DNA of 32,000 bases from Idiomarina loihiensis L2TR (lineage in GTDB: Bacteria > Pseudomonadota > Gammaproteobacteria > Enterobacterales > Alteromonadaceae), in assembly GCF_000008465.1 (NCBI RefSeq), contig NC_006512.1, positions 1,860,001-1,892,000 on the forward strand, given 5' to 3'. The notes under the pieces were generated by a model. The model had not been told where the DNA came from, ran no database searches, and worked only from the letters and a program-made list of their open reading frames with translations. A program made the translations under genes and the position numbers. Of this stretch, positions 30,007 through 32,000 are shown piece by piece (the stretch's first letter is position 1; every line of letters begins with the position of its first letter).

Positions 30007-31226
30007 GTCAGTCATTACCCGCTTATTTTGGCGATTTCGGCGGCCAGTTCGTTCCTGAGATCTTACTACCCGCACTAGAGCAGTTGGAACAGGCCTTTAT
30101 AGAGGCACAACAGGACGATGACTTTCAGGCTGAATTTCGCGGATTGTTGAAAAACTACTTAGGCAGACCGACACCACTGAGTTTGTGCCGTAACCTGCCG
30201 CTGAACAGCCCAAATAAAACCAAAATTTATCTTAAACGTGAAGATTTACTTCATGGCGGCGCCCACAAAACCAACCAGGTGCTGGGACAAGCGTTACTGG
30301 CTAAGCGCATGGGTAAAACGCGCATTATTGCAGAAACTGGTGCAGGGCAGCACGGCACCGCAACAGCCCTGGCCTGCGCACTGCTGGACCTGGAATGCAT
30401 TATTTATATGGGCAAAAAAGATGTTGAGCGCCAGCAGCCCAATGTCTTCCGTATGGAATTAATGGGCGCAAAAGTGGTACCTGTGGATACCGGTAGCGGT
30501 ACTCTAAAAGATGCGGTCAATGAAGCTCTGCGTGACTGGACAGCAAGTTATCCCAACACCCACTACTTATTAGGAACAGCTGCAGGCGCACACCCCTTCC
30601 CGACTATAGTGCGTGAATTTCACCGCATGATTGGTGAAGAAGCTAAAGCCCAAATTATCGAGCAAGCTGGTCGCTTACCGGACGAAGTTATTGCCTGTGT
30701 CGGCGGCGGATCCAACGCCATTGGCATGTTCGCCGACTTTATCGACGAGGAAGGTGTTGATTTAGTAGGTGTTGAGCCTGCAGGTAAAGGTGTTGAAACC
30801 AAGCAGCACGGCGCTACGCTGGCTGCGGGTAAACCCGGGATTTTGCATGGTTGTCTATCGTTTTTAATGCAAAACGACGAAGGACAAATTGAGGAGTCCT
30901 ATTCAGTATCAGCCGGTCTGGACTACCCCGGCGTGGGCCCTCAACATGCGCATTTAAAAGCTATTGGTCGGGCGCGATACGAATCAGTAACCGATGAAGA
31001 AGCACTGGAAGCCTTTAAGCTGCTCTCCCGCCATGAAGGCATTATTCCTGCGCTGGAACCTGCCCATGCGCTGGCTTACGCGCTAAAACGAGCCGCAGAA
31101 CCAGATGCTCCGGAAATATTACTACTTAACTTATCCGGCCGCGGTGATAAAGACATTGACCACGTACGTCGTATTTTTAGTGCTCAGGAAAATGCTGAAG
31201 TTAGCGCGAAAGGAGAACAAAAATGA
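30003..31226 (+). CDS. trpB: Tryptophan synthase beta chain
   Basis: PLP-lysine block [28 protein letters not shown] overlap with trpC. Confidence 0.98.
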
Positions 31227-32000
31227 GCCGGTATGAAAGCTGTTTCGCACAATTAAAAGCTAATAACCAGGGTGCTTTCGTTCCTTTTGTGACACTTGGA
31301 GACCCAACTCCGGGGCAAAGTGTGGACGTTATCAAGGCTCTTATTGATGGTGGTGCCGATGCGCTGGAATTGGGTCTGCCATTTTCAGACCCGGTTGCTG
31401 ATGGTCCCATGATCCAGCGGGCAAATTTACGAGCCTTAGAGTCGGGAACAACCTTTAAGCATATTTTAGAGATTTTAAAAGAAATTAGAGACTATTCACC
31501 GCAGATACCCATAGGCTTATTGGTTTACGCAAACTTAATCTACGCGAAAGGTGTTCGCAACTTTTACCAGCAAATGAAAGATGCAGGCGTAGATTCAGTG
31601 CTTATTGCTGATGTTCCGACCAAAGAAGCCAAACGCTTCGCCGACATAGCCAAAGAAATTGGAATTGAAGCGGTGTTTATTGCGCCACCAGATGCCAGTG
31701 ATGCGCTATTAATTGATATCGCGAAGCAATGTGCGGGTTATGTCTACCTACTGAGTCGTTCAGGGGTTACCGGTGCTGACACACAAATGCAGGCCCCCGC
31801 TTCGGAACTGATTAATAAACTGAAAGAAGCAGGTGCCCCGCCAACGTTGCTTGGGTTTGGTATATCCCAGCCGGAACATGTTCAGCGAGCGCTAGCAGCA
31901 GGCGCAGACGGTGCCATTAGTGGTTCGGCTGTGGTTGCGCTTATCGAGAAAAACCTCGACAATAACGCGCAGCAAGTAGCGGACTTAAAGGCTTTTGTAA
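31223..32000 (+). CDS. trpA: Tryptophan synthase alpha chain, 3' end off the window (absent from the ORF track because no stop is reached)
   Basis: ATG at 31223 overlaps the trpB TGA (ATGA). I translated the frame to the window end and found no stop. [17 protein letters not shown] and GFGIS motifs are present. Confidence 0.9.

Overview
The window reads as core chromosome of a marine gammaproteobacterium, not as an accessory island. It carries SMC-type ScpAB, a Na+-pumping oxaloacetate decarboxylase and a split trpG/trpD, which looks Alteromonadales-like, but the taxon is only an inference.

It joins two neighbourhoods well known from E. coli. The first is gshA ... tRNA-Arg/tRNA-Ser - csrA - alaS - recX. 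The second is rluB ... yciO - trpH, followed by the attenuated trp operon trpL-E-G-D-C(F)-B-A, with trpA running off the right edge. Lineage-specific genes sit between and inside these blocks:
- a PAS / double-receiver / Hpt hybrid histidine kinase with a small untracked membrane ORF
- oadGAB
- a SIMPL protein followed by a periplasmic-TPR GGDEF cyclase
- an orphan agmatine-deiminase-family gene
- scpAB and fadH
- an unknown secreted protein divergent from an S10 peptidase

I see no transposase, integrase, phage gene, CRISPR array, toxin-antitoxin pair or recognisable defence system, so I cannot support a claim of a large novel system here.

The best candidates for undescribed biology are small or regulatory:
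1. A sigmaE-type promoter plus an orphan plus-strand terminator next to the gshA 3' end. This is the position MicA occupies in E. coli, so it may be a MicA-like sRNA.
2. Two TTAAAC-Nx-GTTTAA palindromes (PsrA-like) over the fadH promoter.
3. The SIMPL / TPR-GGEEW cyclase pair.
4. A 57-aa two-helix membrane ORF behind the hybrid kinase.
5. The secreted 232-aa protein / S10 peptidase pair.

All protein calls rest on motif recognition and remembered homologues. No database search was run.
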